Origin: an uncultured Gemmatimonadales bacterium
GTDB lineage: Bacteria; Gemmatimonadota; Gemmatimonadetes; Gemmatimonadales; GWC2-71-9
DNA length: 64,000 nt
Assembly (NCBI GenBank): GCA_963715665.1
Contig: OY970263.1
Location: forward strand, 2,090,757-2,154,756
Direction: 5' to 3'
Shown here piece after piece: positions 40,912 through 51,119 of this stretch. The position numbers were made by a program, and so were the translations under genes. The notes beneath the pieces are model-generated. The model made no database searches and was not told where the DNA came from. It saw nothing but the letters and a program-made list of their open reading frames with translations. Position 1 is the stretch's first letter. Every line of letters begins with the position of its first letter.

Positions 40912-43329
40912 TTGACGACTCACGCGCCGGCGGCTCACCGGCGCCGCGCCGAGCGCCTTGCCGCCGGGCACCCGTCCGGTTGCCAATGGCGCCGGGCCCG
41001 TCGCGCCGCGGCGTTCCGCCCGCTGCTGGTAACGGCGCTGGCGGCCATGGCGGCGGCCTGCGGCTCGCCCGGTGCCGGCGGGACGACGGCCACGCCCGGC
41101 GCCATTGCGCTCGACATCGCGACCGCTTCAGTGACCATCGCCCAGGGAAGCTCCACCACCATCGTCGTGACGGTGACGCGCTCGGGAGGCTTCACGGGCG
41201 CTCCGTCGATTGCCGTCGACAGTGGGCCGCCCGGGGTCTCCGCCACCCTGGTCGACAGCACCACGCGCGGCGACGTGGTCTCGGGCACGGTGCGGGTGAC
41301 GGTGCCGGCAATCGTGGCGCCGGGGTCATACACCGTGCGGCTGCGTGCCTCCGGGCAGAACGTCACGAGCGCCACCGCGTCGTTCGGGCTGGTGGTGATC
41401 ACTCCGCCGCCCCAGACGTTCACCGTCAGGCTGTCGGCAACGGCGCTGAGCGTAACCCAGGGCGCGGCAGATTCGTCACTGCAGCTGCTGCTCGATCGCA
41501 GCAACTTTGCCGGCGCGGTGACGCTGGCCGTCGACAACACCCCGGTCGGCGTCACGGCGTCGTTCGGTGCGGCTCCCACCACCGGGACGGCACTGGCCGT
41601 CGTCTTCACGGTGGCGCCGACGGTCGCCCTCGGCAGCTACACGCTGGTGCTCCGCGGCACGGCGGCGGGAGTGGGCGACCGGACCGCGACGCTGGTGCTG
41701 ACCGTCGCGCCGGCCGGCCACTACGCCCTTTCCGTGACGCCGCCGGCAATCACGCTGCAGCAGGGCGCATCGACGGCTCCGGTGATCAATCTCGATCGCA
41801 GCAACTATGGCGAGAGCGTAGCACTGCTCGCCGAACACGTGCCGGCGGGACTCACCGCGGCGATCCTGCCGGGAACGACGGCGGGGCCTGCGGTATCGCT
41901 GTCACTCACCGCCGCCGACCAGCTGCCGGTGGGCGTGGACACGGTGCTGATCCGCGGCGTCGCGCCAGGTCTCGCCGACCAGGTCGCACCGCTGGTGGTG
42001 ACGGTGGTGCCACCGGGCCCCAGCGCCATCACCGTCGTCGGCGGCAACAATCAATCGGCGATGGCAGACGACCCGCTGCGCGACAGCGTGCGGGTGCGGG
42101 TCACCGACCAGGCGGGCCGCGCCGTTGCCGGCGCCGCGGTGGTCTTTGCGGTGACCAGTGGCGAGGGCACGGTGAGTGCGGACACGGTGCCGACCAGTGC
42201 CTCCGGCACCGCTTCCGCCGCATGGACATTGGGCCCCGACCTTGGTCAGCAGCAGCTCACCATGACGGTGGCGGGGATTTCGGCCAACGCCGTCGCGGTC
42301 GCGTCGGGGTGCGACCCGGTGAGCTGCGCCGCGTCGCTGGCCATCGACAACCGGCAGTGGATGCCGTTCTCGATCACCACGTACGACGGTTCGAACCAGG
42401 TGGTGCATCCCGACATCACGTGGGGGGGGCCGGGGCGGTGGCGCTGGATGGCGATCACCCCGTACCCGGGCGGCGACGCCGCCTACGAGAACCCGTCGAT
42501 CTATCAGAGCCGCAACGGTCACGTCTGGCGGGCACCGAGCGGACTCGGCAACCCGGTGGCTTCACCGGGCAGTGCGGGCTACCTCTCCGACCCGGACATC
42601 TCGGTCGACACCGCGACCGCCACGCTCTGGATGTACTACCGGCAGGTCTACCTGGTGCAGAACATCATCTGGCTCACGCGGAGCACCGACGGTGCCCACT
42701 GGAGCAAGCCGGTGCAGGTGCTGGTGGTACCGAGTCACCAGGCAGTCTCGCCCGCCGTGGTTCGCGGCGCCCCGCAGGCGCCGTGGATCATGTGGGTGGT
42801 GAATGCCGGGCCGAACGGATGCCAGGCGGCGTCGACGACCGTCGAGCGCCGCGTCTCCACCGATGGCGTCACCTGGGAGCCACCGGCCGCCACCGACCTG
42901 GCCGAGCCGGGGCTGGTGATCTGGCACATCGATGTCCAGTGGGTGGCGGCGCGAAACGAATTCTGGGCGGTCTACAATACCTACGCGAGTGGACTGAGCT
43001 GTTCCACCAACGAATTGCACTTTGCCCGCAGCGCCGATGGCATGCACTGGACGACCTACCCGGGAGCGATCGCGACCGCCGGCGTGATTCCCGAGTTCGG
43101 CGCCATCGTCTACCGGTCGACCTTCCTGCCCAACAGCGCCGGCGACACGATCCGGATCTGGGCCTCGGGGGCGCGGCTGGTGCAGAACAGCTACATCTGG
43201 AGCGCCGCCCACGCCACGTTCCGGGTCGACGACTTTCTGGCAACGTTGCAGGCGGGAGTGCGGGCGCCGCTCGACCGCAATGCGCGGATCGGATTGCCGA
43301 TGCCGGAGCCGCAGGACAGCGGCAAGTAG
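40912..43329 (+). CDS. Lipoprotein with Ig-like repeats and a C-terminal Asp-box beta-propeller (glycoside hydrolase-like)
   Basis: Lipobox AAAC; repeated TxxQG..V Ig units; TYDGSNQVVHPD; Asp boxes STDGAHW, STDGVTW, SADGMHW; start uncertain. Confidence 0.75.
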   Translation: MTTHAPAAHRRRAERLAAGHPSGCQWRRARRAAAFRPLLVTALAAMAAACGSPGAGGTTATPGAIALDIATASVTIAQGSSTTIVVTVTRSGGFTGAPSIAVDSGPPGVSATLVDSTTRGDVVSGTVRVTVPAIVAPGSYTVRLRASGQNVTSATASFGLVVITPPPQTFTVRLSATALSVTQGAADSSLQLLLDRSNFAGAVTLAVDNTPVGVTASFGAAPTTGTALAVVFTVAPTVALGSYTLVLRGTAAGVGDRTATLVLTVAPAGHYALSVTPPAITLQQGASTAPVINLDRSNYGESVALLAEHVPAGLTAAILPGTTAGPAVSLSLTAADQLPVGVDTVLIRGVAPGLADQVAPLVVTVVPPGPSAITVVGGNNQSAMADDPLRDSVRVRVTDQAGRAVAGAAVVFAVTSGEGTVSADTVPTSASGTASAAWTLGPDLGQQQLTMTVAGISANAVAVASGCDPVSCAASLAIDNRQWMPFSITTYDGSNQVVHPDITWGGPGRWRWMAITPYPGGDAAYENPSIYQSRNGHVWRAPSGLGNPVASPGSAGYLSDPDISVDTATATLWMYYRQVYLVQNIIWLTRSTDGAHWSKPVQVLVVPSHQAVSPAVVRGAPQAPWIMWVVNAGPNGCQAASTTVERRVSTDGVTWEPPAATDLAEPGLVIWHIDVQWVAARNEFWAVYNTYASGLSCSTNELHFARSADGMHWTTYPGAIATAGVIPEFGAIVYRSTFLPNSAGDTIRIWASGARLVQNSYIWSAAHATFRVDDFLATLQAGVRAPLDRNARIGLPMPEPQDSGK

Positions 43330-43335
43330 AACAGC

Positions 43336-43502
43336 GGCCCACGGCCCACGGCCCACAGCCCCGCATGCCCGACTCGGCCCGGGAGGGTCAGCATCGCAGC
43401 GGCGCTGCCAGACACCGCGCTGCCCTCCGCGCCGCACGCCGAGCCCCGTGTTCGGGGCCGTGGGCCGTGGGCCGCGGGCCGTGGGCCGCGGGCCGTGGGC
43501 CG
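43336..43502. repeat. Heptamer array (GGCCCAC)n with inverted (G[T/C]GGGCC)n arm
   Basis: Between convergent stops at 43329 and 43517. Confidence 0.85.
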
Positions 43503-43516
43503 AAGTTGCCGTTCTC

Positions 43517-45937
43517 CTACTTCCGGTCCCCCGCCATCTCCGGCGCTGTCAGCGTGTGAATCGCCGGATACGGCCTTCCCGGCTTGAGCTCTTCCCACAG
43601 GATGTGATTGAAGGTCTCGTCGTCGACCAGGTCCTCGAAGCGGAAGTCGAGCCCGGCCGATTGGCGCGCGCCCGGCCCGCGGGCCGGGTTCCGCTCGGTG
43701 AGTGATTGCACCGGCGTGATCGCGGTCCACGGCGTGAGGTCGGGGGTTGCCGCGAAGATGCCGCGGAGCGGCCGGCCAAAGCGGTCGAACTGCGAGAGGT
43801 TGTCGAGTGTCAGGATCTGCTCGATGGTGGCGATGACGTCGGTGGTGTTGGCGAAGCGGTGCCAGGTGTGGGGCCGGTTGTACGCCGAGATGACCAGGAA
43901 GTTGGAGCGGTGCGAGTCGACGTGGTCGGGGCCGTTCTGGGCGTCGTCCTCGAGCACGAAGACGACGGTGTTCTTCCAGAACGGCGAGCGGGAGAGCCCG
44001 GCGATCATCCGGCCAAGCGCCAGGTCGTTGTCGGCGGCGTAGGCGCGGGGCGACAGGGCGCCGGCCTGCGCCCCCTTGGTGTGGTCGTTGGGGAGCCGGA
44101 TGATCTGCAGCGCCGGCATGTCGCCGCTCGCCTCCCACCGGGCCAGTGCCGCGAGCCAGACGTCGGCGCGGCGCTGGTCGGGGATGTCGAGATCGAATCC
44201 GGGGTACGCCGAATCGGTGTGGGCGTCGAGATACGGCTTGAGGCCGACATAGTCCGTCGGCAACTTTCCCTGATTCCGCTCGGCGACAAACTCGCCGAAG
44301 TTGCGGAAGGTGATGCCGCGTCGTTGGGCGAGGTTCCAGAGATAGCCGTTGGCCGGCGACGCAACATCGTCGTCGTCGGGGGGACGCTCCCCGCGGTTCT
44401 CCCCTTCATAGTCGTACGAACGCCCCTTGCCGGCGTAGTTGAGCGGCACCGTCTTCTGCACGTAGTCGGTGGTGTAGGCGGCGGTCGACCAGTTGTGTCC
44501 GTCGGCGCTGACTTCGGCATTGACGAAGAACCGGTCGAAGATGCCGAACCGTTCCGCCATGGCGTGCTGGTTGGGCGTGACATTCTGGCCGAAGAAGACC
44601 AGCGAGGTGTCGCCGTCGCCCCCCTTGAGGTCGCCGAAGACCTGGTCGTAGGTGCGATTCTCCTTGATGACATAGATCACGTGCTTGAACGGCGGGTAGC
44701 CCCCGGCGGTCGCGACGTGGTCCCAGCCGTTGGCGCGCGCCACCCGGCGCGAGAGGGCGCCGAGGTCGAGCCCGGCGAGGGGAATGGTCGACACCGTGCC
44801 GTCGAGCTGGCCGAGGGTGTAGCCCCGGTCGGCGGGGACCCGGCCATCCCGCGCGCCGGGGCCGGGGCCATTGGTGGCGTTGGGCGCGGTGCCGCGCCCC
44901 TTCGCGTTGACCACGAAGAGGGTGTCGTGCTGCACCGCGAGCGCGCTCGGATACCACTCGACCGGAATCCGGCCCAGCAGCGTGCCACCGGTGGCGGCGG
45001 GGTTCAGCGCGAAGACGGCGACGGCGTTGTTGTCGCCCTCGGCGATGTAGAGCGTGTCGCCCGACCCCGACAGCGCCAGGCCGTCCGGCGTGCTCCCTTC
45101 GCCGGTGCCGTTCGGGATGGTGTCGCGGATCTCGCCGACGACGGAGTCGTTGCGGGTGTCGACGATGGCGATCCGGTCGGTGCTGGCAGAAGTGACGTAG
45201 AGGCGGCTTCCGTCAGGCGAGAGGAGCATCGATGACGGATGCCGGCCGACGGCGATACTGTCGGCGAGGTTGAGCCAGTTGTCGTATGGCTTCCAGACCC
45301 GCACGAAGATGCCGTCCCACGCGGTGGAGTAGACGGTGCCGTCGGACGCGGCGACGACGCCGTAGGGATAGCGCCCGGCGGGGACGCGCGAGACGACGTT
45401 ACCCGACGCGACATCGATCACCGCCAGCGAATCGTCGAGATTCTCCGCGACGTACAGGTGTGTGCCGTCGGGTGAGAGGGCGATGCCGGCGGGATAGCGC
45501 GTGCCGGACTGACGGGGAGCGAGCCGTCCGACGAGGAAGCTGTCGGCGAGTGTCGCCCGGCCGTCCTCCCAGCGGTAGCGATAGACGACGTCGCGGTTGC
45601 CGCCGGAGGTGTACAGGAACCTGCCATCGGGCGAGAACGCGAGCCCGACGAATGCCGCCGGCTGCGGCACGGTCTGCAGCACCGCGCCGGTGGAGCGCTG
45701 CACCACCTGGATGCCGTTGGCGCCGTAGCCGGCGAGGAGCAGCACCATGCGTTCGCCACCGGGAGCGGCAATCATGGTGAACGGATACGAGCCAACCGGC
45801 GCTGAACGTCCGACCGGATCGAGCGTGACACCGGTGGGCAACCGGGGCGCATCGAGCGATCCGGGAACCGGGCGTCCGCGGGGCGTGCCGCACCCGGCGA
45901 GTGCCGCGGCGGCGAGCGCGAGGGTCGTCGATTTCAC
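43517..45937 (-). CDS. Bifunctional YncE-family beta-propeller/phosphoesterase lipoprotein
   Basis: Lipobox LAGC; YVTN-type repeats; KHVIYVIKENRTYDQVFGD, SADGHNWS, LPNDHT, EDDAQNGPDHVDSHRS. Confidence 0.92.
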   Translation of the reverse strand: MKSTTLALAAAALAGCGTPRGRPVPGSLDAPRLPTGVTLDPVGRSAPVGSYPFTMIAAPGGERMVLLLAGYGANGIQVVQRSTGAVLQTVPQPAAFVGLAFSPDGRFLYTSGGNRDVVYRYRWEDGRATLADSFLVGRLAPRQSGTRYPAGIALSPDGTHLYVAENLDDSLAVIDVASGNVVSRVPAGRYPYGVVAASDGTVYSTAWDGIFVRVWKPYDNWLNLADSIAVGRHPSSMLLSPDGSRLYVTSASTDRIAIVDTRNDSVVGEIRDTIPNGTGEGSTPDGLALSGSGDTLYIAEGDNNAVAVFALNPAATGGTLLGRIPVEWYPSALAVQHDTLFVVNAKGRGTAPNATNGPGPGARDGRVPADRGYTLGQLDGTVSTIPLAGLDLGALSRRVARANGWDHVATAGGYPPFKHVIYVIKENRTYDQVFGDLKGGDGDTSLVFFGQNVTPNQHAMAERFGIFDRFFVNAEVSADGHNWSTAAYTTDYVQKTVPLNYAGKGRSYDYEGENRGERPPDDDDVASPANGYLWNLAQRRGITFRNFGEFVAERNQGKLPTDYVGLKPYLDAHTDSAYPGFDLDIPDQRRADVWLAALARWEASGDMPALQIIRLPNDHTKGAQAGALSPRAYAADNDLALGRMIAGLSRSPFWKNTVVFVLEDDAQNGPDHVDSHRSNFLVISAYNRPHTWHRFANTTDVIATIEQILTLDNLSQFDRFGRPLRGIFAATPDLTPWTAITPVQSLTERNPARGPGARQSAGLDFRFEDLVDDETFNHILWEELKPGRPYPAIHTLTAPEMAGDRK

Positions 45938-46129
45938 GCGGAAGCGCCGGCGGGGTGCGGAGTTGCGGCGCGTGGCGATGTGGCGGACTGCGGCTTTGGC
46001 TGGCATGACCTCTCCGTGGTACTATTCCGACCCTGGACCCCGGGGCCGGGCCGTGGCGGTCCCCCCGCGAATTTCATGGGTTCGTGCACCAGGCCGGTCA
46101 CCCCAATGTATCGCCGCTTCGAGGATCCC

Positions 46130-46801
46130 ATGTCGATTCCCCGCCGCAACTTCCTGAGCTGGCTTGGCATGAGCGGGGCGTACGCCGCCGCGGGCGGCCC
46201 GCTGGCCGCCGCCCGACCGGCCGACGTTCCGCTGCGCCCGATCGACCCGAAGTGGGACATGTCGTGGACCGACCGGCTGACCGGAAAGTACCGGGCGGTG
46301 TTCGATTCGCCGAGCATCGCCGATGGCGGCGCGGTCTTCCGCGCCGGGCTCTGGCGGGAACAGCACACCGCGGTCTACGGCACCCCGGCGTCAGACCTGA
46401 ATGCCGTGGTGGTGGTGCGCCATGCCGGGATTCCGCTGGCGATGGACAACGCCTACTGGGACGAGTACGAGGTGGGGAAGGCGCTCAAGCTCAAGGACGA
46501 CGCCGGTCACAAGTGGCTCAAGGCCAATCCGGTGGGCGGCGGAACCGGGGCGGCCGCCCAGGGCGGCTTTGCGAAATACATGCTGCCGAACTTCCTGGCC
46601 AGTGGCGGGATCGTCCTCGCCTGCAACCTGGCGTTCGGCCAGATCATCTCCAACATCAGGAAGCATGACAAGGTCTCGCAGGACGAGGCCACGAAGCGTG
46701 CCCACGCTCACCTCATTCCGGGGGTCATCCTGCAGCCTTCGGGAATCTTCGCGGTGTTGCGCGCCGAGGAGATGGGGTGCAACTACATCATGGGGAGCTG
46801 A
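46130..46801 (+). CDS. Tat-exported DsrE-like hypothetical protein
   Basis: PRRNFL signal; YRAVFDSP, VVVRH, IVLACNLA, LIPGVILQPSG. Confidence 0.75.
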   Translation: MSIPRRNFLSWLGMSGAYAAAGGPLAAARPADVPLRPIDPKWDMSWTDRLTGKYRAVFDSPSIADGGAVFRAGLWREQHTAVYGTPASDLNAVVVVRHAGIPLAMDNAYWDEYEVGKALKLKDDAGHKWLKANPVGGGTGAAAQGGFAKYMLPNFLASGGIVLACNLAFGQIISNIRKHDKVSQDEATKRAHAHLIPGVILQPSGIFAVLRAEEMGCNYIMGS

Positions 46802-48597
46802 TGACGTCACGACTGCACCGGCTGCTGCCGGCCCTGTTGCTGTTCGTTCCCGCCGCCGCCATGGCCCAGGGCGCGTCGGCGGGCACCGCCGCCAACGATC
46901 CCTGGTCGGTGCTGCTGCTGCCGCGGACCCACGCTCCGGCGCCGACCACGGCGGCGATCACCGCCGACGACCTGCGCACCCGGCTCTTTGCCTTTTCCGA
47001 CGACTCGATGCAGGGGCGGTTCATCGGCACGCCGGGAAACGCCGCCGGCGTCGAGTACATCGCCAACGCGTTCAAGCGCTTCGGGCTGCAGCCGGCCGGC
47101 GAGAACGGCACCTTCTTCCAGACCGTGCCGTTCTCCGCGCAGGTCTTCGACACCACGGCGACGATCGCGGTGAACGACACGCCGCTCCGTCCCGGCACCG
47201 ACTACCTGGTGCGGTTGCCGATCACCGGCGGGCCGCTGCGTGAGGTCGACGAAAAGCAGGTGATCTTTGCCGGCGACTGGTCCGACTCGCTGCACCGGTT
47301 GCCGCGGAGCGACGCGACGGACCGCATCGTGGTGCTCTGGTCGAGCGCGTCGATCCCGCAGAATCCGCCGCACATTCCCAACCGGCAGGAGGTCTCGGCG
47401 TACTTTGCCGGCGCCGCGGCGATCGTGGTGTCGGGCCTCGACAGCATTCCCGCCGACCAGCTTGCGCAGTTCAACCAGGTCAATCCCCGGGTGCCGAGTG
47501 CCGATACGACGAGCGCTCCGGCATATCTCTACGTGACCCGGCAGGCCGCCGACGAGCTGCTCGGCGCCCCGCTGGACCAGGTGAAGCCGGGGACGCTGGG
47601 CCCGAAGGTGACCGGTGCGCTGCGCACCATCGAGGTGCCGTATCACCTGCCGTCGCCGGTGCGGAACGTGGTGGCGATCCTCCCCGGGAGCGACCCGGCG
47701 CTGCGTGGCGAATATGTCGCGATCGGCGCGCACAACGACCACATCGGCACCACCAGCGACCAGTACAGCGACCTGCATCATCCGGTCCCCGACGATTCCG
47801 AGTACGTGGTCAATCACCTGTTCCGGCTGAGCGGGGCCGACGATCCGCAGCCGAAACTGACGCCGGCGCAAGCCGCCGAGGTCAACGGCATTCTCGCCCG
47901 GGTGCGGGCAGCGTCGCACGGCGCGTCGGCGCGGACCGATTCGATCTTCAACGGCGCCGACGACGACGGCTCGGGGAGCGTGAGCCTGGTGGAGATTGCC
48001 CAGTACCTGTCGTCGCTGCCGATCAAGCCGAAGCGGTCGATTCTCTTCGTCTCGCACGTGGGCGAGGAAGAGGGGCTGTACGGCTCGCAGTACTTCACCG
48101 ACTTTCCGACCGTGCCGCGCGATTCGATCGTCGCACAGCTCAACATCGACATGATCGGCCGCGGCGACGCGACAGACGTGACGGGGTACAAGAAGGGGAT
48201 GAAGGAGCGGATCCACGGCAACGCCAACTACCTGCAGCTGGTGGGTTCGCGCCGGCTCTCGACCGAGCTGGGCGACCTCGCCGAAAAGGTGAACAGCGAG
48301 GATCATCACGGCCTGGACTTCGACTACTCGCTCGACGCCAACGGGCACGAACAGCAGATCTATTGCCGGAGCGATCACTATTCGTACGCCCGGTACGGCA
48401 TCCCGATCATCTTCTTCACCACCGGCGGACACGCCGACTATCACCAGGTGACCGACGAGCCGCAATTCATCGACTACGATCACATGGCACGGGTGGCGAA
48501 CTTCATCGCCGACCTGACGCGGCACGTGGCGGACCTCGATCACCGGCCGGTGGTGGATCACCCGAAGCCGGATCCGTTCGCCCAATGCGTGCAGTAG
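46801..48597 (+). CDS. M28 family peptidase
   Basis: Signal peptide; GAHNDH, NGADDDGSG, GEEEGLYGS, LNIDMIGR, RSDH, DYH. Confidence 0.93.
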   Translation: MTSRLHRLLPALLLFVPAAAMAQGASAGTAANDPWSVLLLPRTHAPAPTTAAITADDLRTRLFAFSDDSMQGRFIGTPGNAAGVEYIANAFKRFGLQPAGENGTFFQTVPFSAQVFDTTATIAVNDTPLRPGTDYLVRLPITGGPLREVDEKQVIFAGDWSDSLHRLPRSDATDRIVVLWSSASIPQNPPHIPNRQEVSAYFAGAAAIVVSGLDSIPADQLAQFNQVNPRVPSADTTSAPAYLYVTRQAADELLGAPLDQVKPGTLGPKVTGALRTIEVPYHLPSPVRNVVAILPGSDPALRGEYVAIGAHNDHIGTTSDQYSDLHHPVPDDSEYVVNHLFRLSGADDPQPKLTPAQAAEVNGILARVRAASHGASARTDSIFNGADDDGSGSVSLVEIAQYLSSLPIKPKRSILFVSHVGEEEGLYGSQYFTDFPTVPRDSIVAQLNIDMIGRGDATDVTGYKKGMKERIHGNANYLQLVGSRRLSTELGDLAEKVNSEDHHGLDFDYSLDANGHEQQIYCRSDHYSYARYGIPIIFFTTGGHADYHQVTDEPQFIDYDHMARVANFIADLTRHVADLDHRPVVDHPKPDPFAQCVQ

Positions 48598-48651
48598 TCG
48601 CCTGATCACCGAGCCGATGGCGCCGGAGAACCGGCGCCACCGGCCCCCGGC

Positions 48652-50961
48652 TTGCGAGGCCCTCCGACGCGGCACATCACCGACTGGACCGTCCTGCTGA
48701 TCCTCGCCGGGGGCACCTGGCTGGGACTCGCCGCCGCCGGGCCGCCAGGCCCGGTACCCGCCACCGCCGCCGCCGACCGCTTTTCGGCCCAGCGCGCACT
48801 CAACGACCTGCAATTCATTGCGCGGCTTCCCCACCCGGTGGGGAGTGCCCGGCACGACACGGTGCGCGACTACCTGGCGTCGCGGCTCCGCCAGCTGGGG
48901 TGTGATTCGGTCGAGGTGCAACACGCCACCGGCTTCAACACCCTGGGCGACACGCCGATTGCCGCCGCGGTCGACAACGTGATCTGCCTCAAGCGCGGGG
49001 TGCACCCGGGCCGGGCGGTGGTGCTGATGGCACACTACGACGCCGTGCCGCGCTCGTACGGCGCGGCCGACGACGGTGCGGGCGTGGCGGCGATCCTCGA
49101 GACGCTCCGTGCCCTGCAGCACTCCCCGCCGTTTGCCAACGACCTCGTCGCGGTGTTCACCGACGCCGAAGAGGAAGGCCTGCTCGGGGCGGAGGCGTTC
49201 GTCGACCTCCATCCCTGGGCGCGGCAGGCGGCGGTGGTGCTCAACGTCGACGCGCGCGGCGTGTCGGGGCCGACCTACATGTTCCAGACGACGCCCGGCA
49301 ACGCCCCGCTGATCGCGGCACTCGCCGACGTGCCGGACGCGCGGGCCAATTCGCTCACCGGCGACATCTACCGGCTGCTGCCGAGCGACACCGACCTGAG
49401 CATCTGGCTGCACGCGGCGTGGCAGGGCGGCGGCTACAACTTTGCGTTCGTCGGCGGGGTGACCCGCTACCACACGCCGCGCGACAACCTCGCGTCGCTG
49501 AGCCTCGCGTCGCTGCAACATGTGGGTGACTACCTCCTGCCACTGGCCCGGCGCCTCGGCAATGGCGACGTGTCGGCGCTGCGCACCCGCGACGTGGAGT
49601 ACTTCAGCGCGCCGCTGATCGGACTCATCGACTACCCGGTGTCGTGGGCGTTGCCGATCGCCGTGGCGGAGGCGGCGGCGGTGCTGGTGCTGCTGGCCGC
49701 GGCGGTGGGCCGGAAGGCGCTCAGCTGGCGGGGCGTCGGGTGGGGGACGCTGCTGTCGATCGGCGCGCTGCTGGTGCCGGCGGCGCTGGCCTGGGCGGGG
49801 TGGCGCGTGACGGCGGCGCTGCACCCGGGCTATCGCGACATGCTGCAGGGCGCGCCGTACCACGCCGGACTCTACTTTGCGGGGTTCGCGCTGCTCGGCG
49901 CGGCGCTGGTGATCGGCGGCGTGCAGCTCGCGACACGCGCCGCCACGGTGCTCGACCTTTCGGTGATGCCGTTGCTGCTCTGGGCGGCGGCGGGACTGTC
50001 CGCGGCCACCCTGCTGCCCGGCGGGAGTTACCTCGTTGCCTGGCCGCTCGGCGCGGCGCTGCTGGGAGGCGCCGCGGTGCTGCTCGACTGGCCGCCACCG
50101 GTAGTGGCGCTGTCGGCGCTCCCGGCGCTGATGCTGGTTGTTCCGCTGGCCGCGGCCCTCGACACCGCGATGTCGGTGGCGATCCTGCCGGCCACGGTGC
50201 TGCTGGTGGCGTTCACCACGCTCCTGGTGGCGGTGCCGGTGCGACAGGCGGCAAGCGCCTGGCGGTTTGCGCTCCCGGCGGTTGCGGCCGCCGGCGCCAT
50301 CGCGCTCGTGATGGCGGAGCTGATCGGCTTTGATGCCACGCACCCGCATCCCGATTCGCTGCTGTACGTCGCGAACGCCGACAGCGGCCGCGCGTGGTGG
50401 GCAACGTGGGACCGGCGCCCCGACGGATGGACGCGGCGCACCCTCGGCGCGGCCCCCGCGAAGCACTCGTTCGTCGGATTTCATCTCGGATTCGGCGTCG
50501 ACTCGCTTCCGGCGGTTGCCGCGCCAGTCGACACCTCGGCGAGGGCCGACGTGCACATCGTGTCGTCGGTCTTCCTGCCGGGCGGACGCCGACTGCGGTT
50601 GCGGATCACGGCACCGGGCGAGACGCGGTGGATCACGCTGGCGTTTGCCGGAGCGCCGCTGACACTCTCGGATGTGGTGCTCGATGGCCGGCCGCTCGAG
50701 CCCGGGAGCGGTGACAAGTACCGCCCGCTCTATCACGTGGGCGGCGCCGGCCAGTTCCTGACGTTCTACGGGATGCCGGCGGGCGGAATCGACCTGCGGT
50801 TCACGGTGCCGGTCACCGATCGGTTTCCGGTGCGCGTGACCGCGACGACGGCCGGGTTGCCGCAGCTCCGCGGCGCGCCGGGCCCGCGGCCGCTGTCATT
50901 CATGAGCAAGCCGTTCGTGGTGACCGACGAGAAGGTGGTGTCGGAGACGGTCTGGATGTGA
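48652..50961 (+). CDS. M28 family peptidase with multi-TM C-terminal region
   Basis: MAHYD, GAADDGAG, DAEEEGLLGA, NVDARG, YHT followed by many TM helices. Confidence 0.9.
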   Translation: MRGPPTRHITDWTVLLILAGGTWLGLAAAGPPGPVPATAAADRFSAQRALNDLQFIARLPHPVGSARHDTVRDYLASRLRQLGCDSVEVQHATGFNTLGDTPIAAAVDNVICLKRGVHPGRAVVLMAHYDAVPRSYGAADDGAGVAAILETLRALQHSPPFANDLVAVFTDAEEEGLLGAEAFVDLHPWARQAAVVLNVDARGVSGPTYMFQTTPGNAPLIAALADVPDARANSLTGDIYRLLPSDTDLSIWLHAAWQGGGYNFAFVGGVTRYHTPRDNLASLSLASLQHVGDYLLPLARRLGNGDVSALRTRDVEYFSAPLIGLIDYPVSWALPIAVAEAAAVLVLLAAAVGRKALSWRGVGWGTLLSIGALLVPAALAWAGWRVTAALHPGYRDMLQGAPYHAGLYFAGFALLGAALVIGGVQLATRAATVLDLSVMPLLLWAAAGLSAATLLPGGSYLVAWPLGAALLGGAAVLLDWPPPVVALSALPALMLVVPLAAALDTAMSVAILPATVLLVAFTTLLVAVPVRQAASAWRFALPAVAAAGAIALVMAELIGFDATHPHPDSLLYVANADSGRAWWATWDRRPDGWTRRTLGAAPAKHSFVGFHLGFGVDSLPAVAAPVDTSARADVHIVSSVFLPGGRRLRLRITAPGETRWITLAFAGAPLTLSDVVLDGRPLEPGSGDKYRPLYHVGGAGQFLTFYGMPAGGIDLRFTVPVTDRFPVRVTATTAGLPQLRGAPGPRPLSFMSKPFVVTDEKVVSETVWM

Positions 50962-51116
50962 GAAAAGACGGCCCGGAGCCCGGGGCCCGGAGCCCGGGGC
51001 CCGGGGCCCGGGGCCCGGAGGAACGGCATGACATACGGAACTCGGCGTGAAGGGTCGTCTCTCCACGCCGAGCTCGGCATTCGGAGCCCTGGGCTCAGGG
51101 CCCGGGGCGCTTTTCG
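50962..51116. repeat. Heptamer array with inverted arm between convergent genes
   Basis: GAAAAGACG(GCCCGG[A/G])n ... GCCCTGGGCTCAGGGCCCGGGGCGCTTTTC. Confidence 0.85.
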
Positions 51117-51119
51117 GAT

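Noticed and set aside
46807..50736. 1309-aa minus-strand ORF and similar long antisense ORFs (8083-10572, 20409-22640, 51252-53684, 60070-62769)
   Set aside because: Shadow frames of well-supported genes on the opposite strand, expected at high GC; no motifs or RBS
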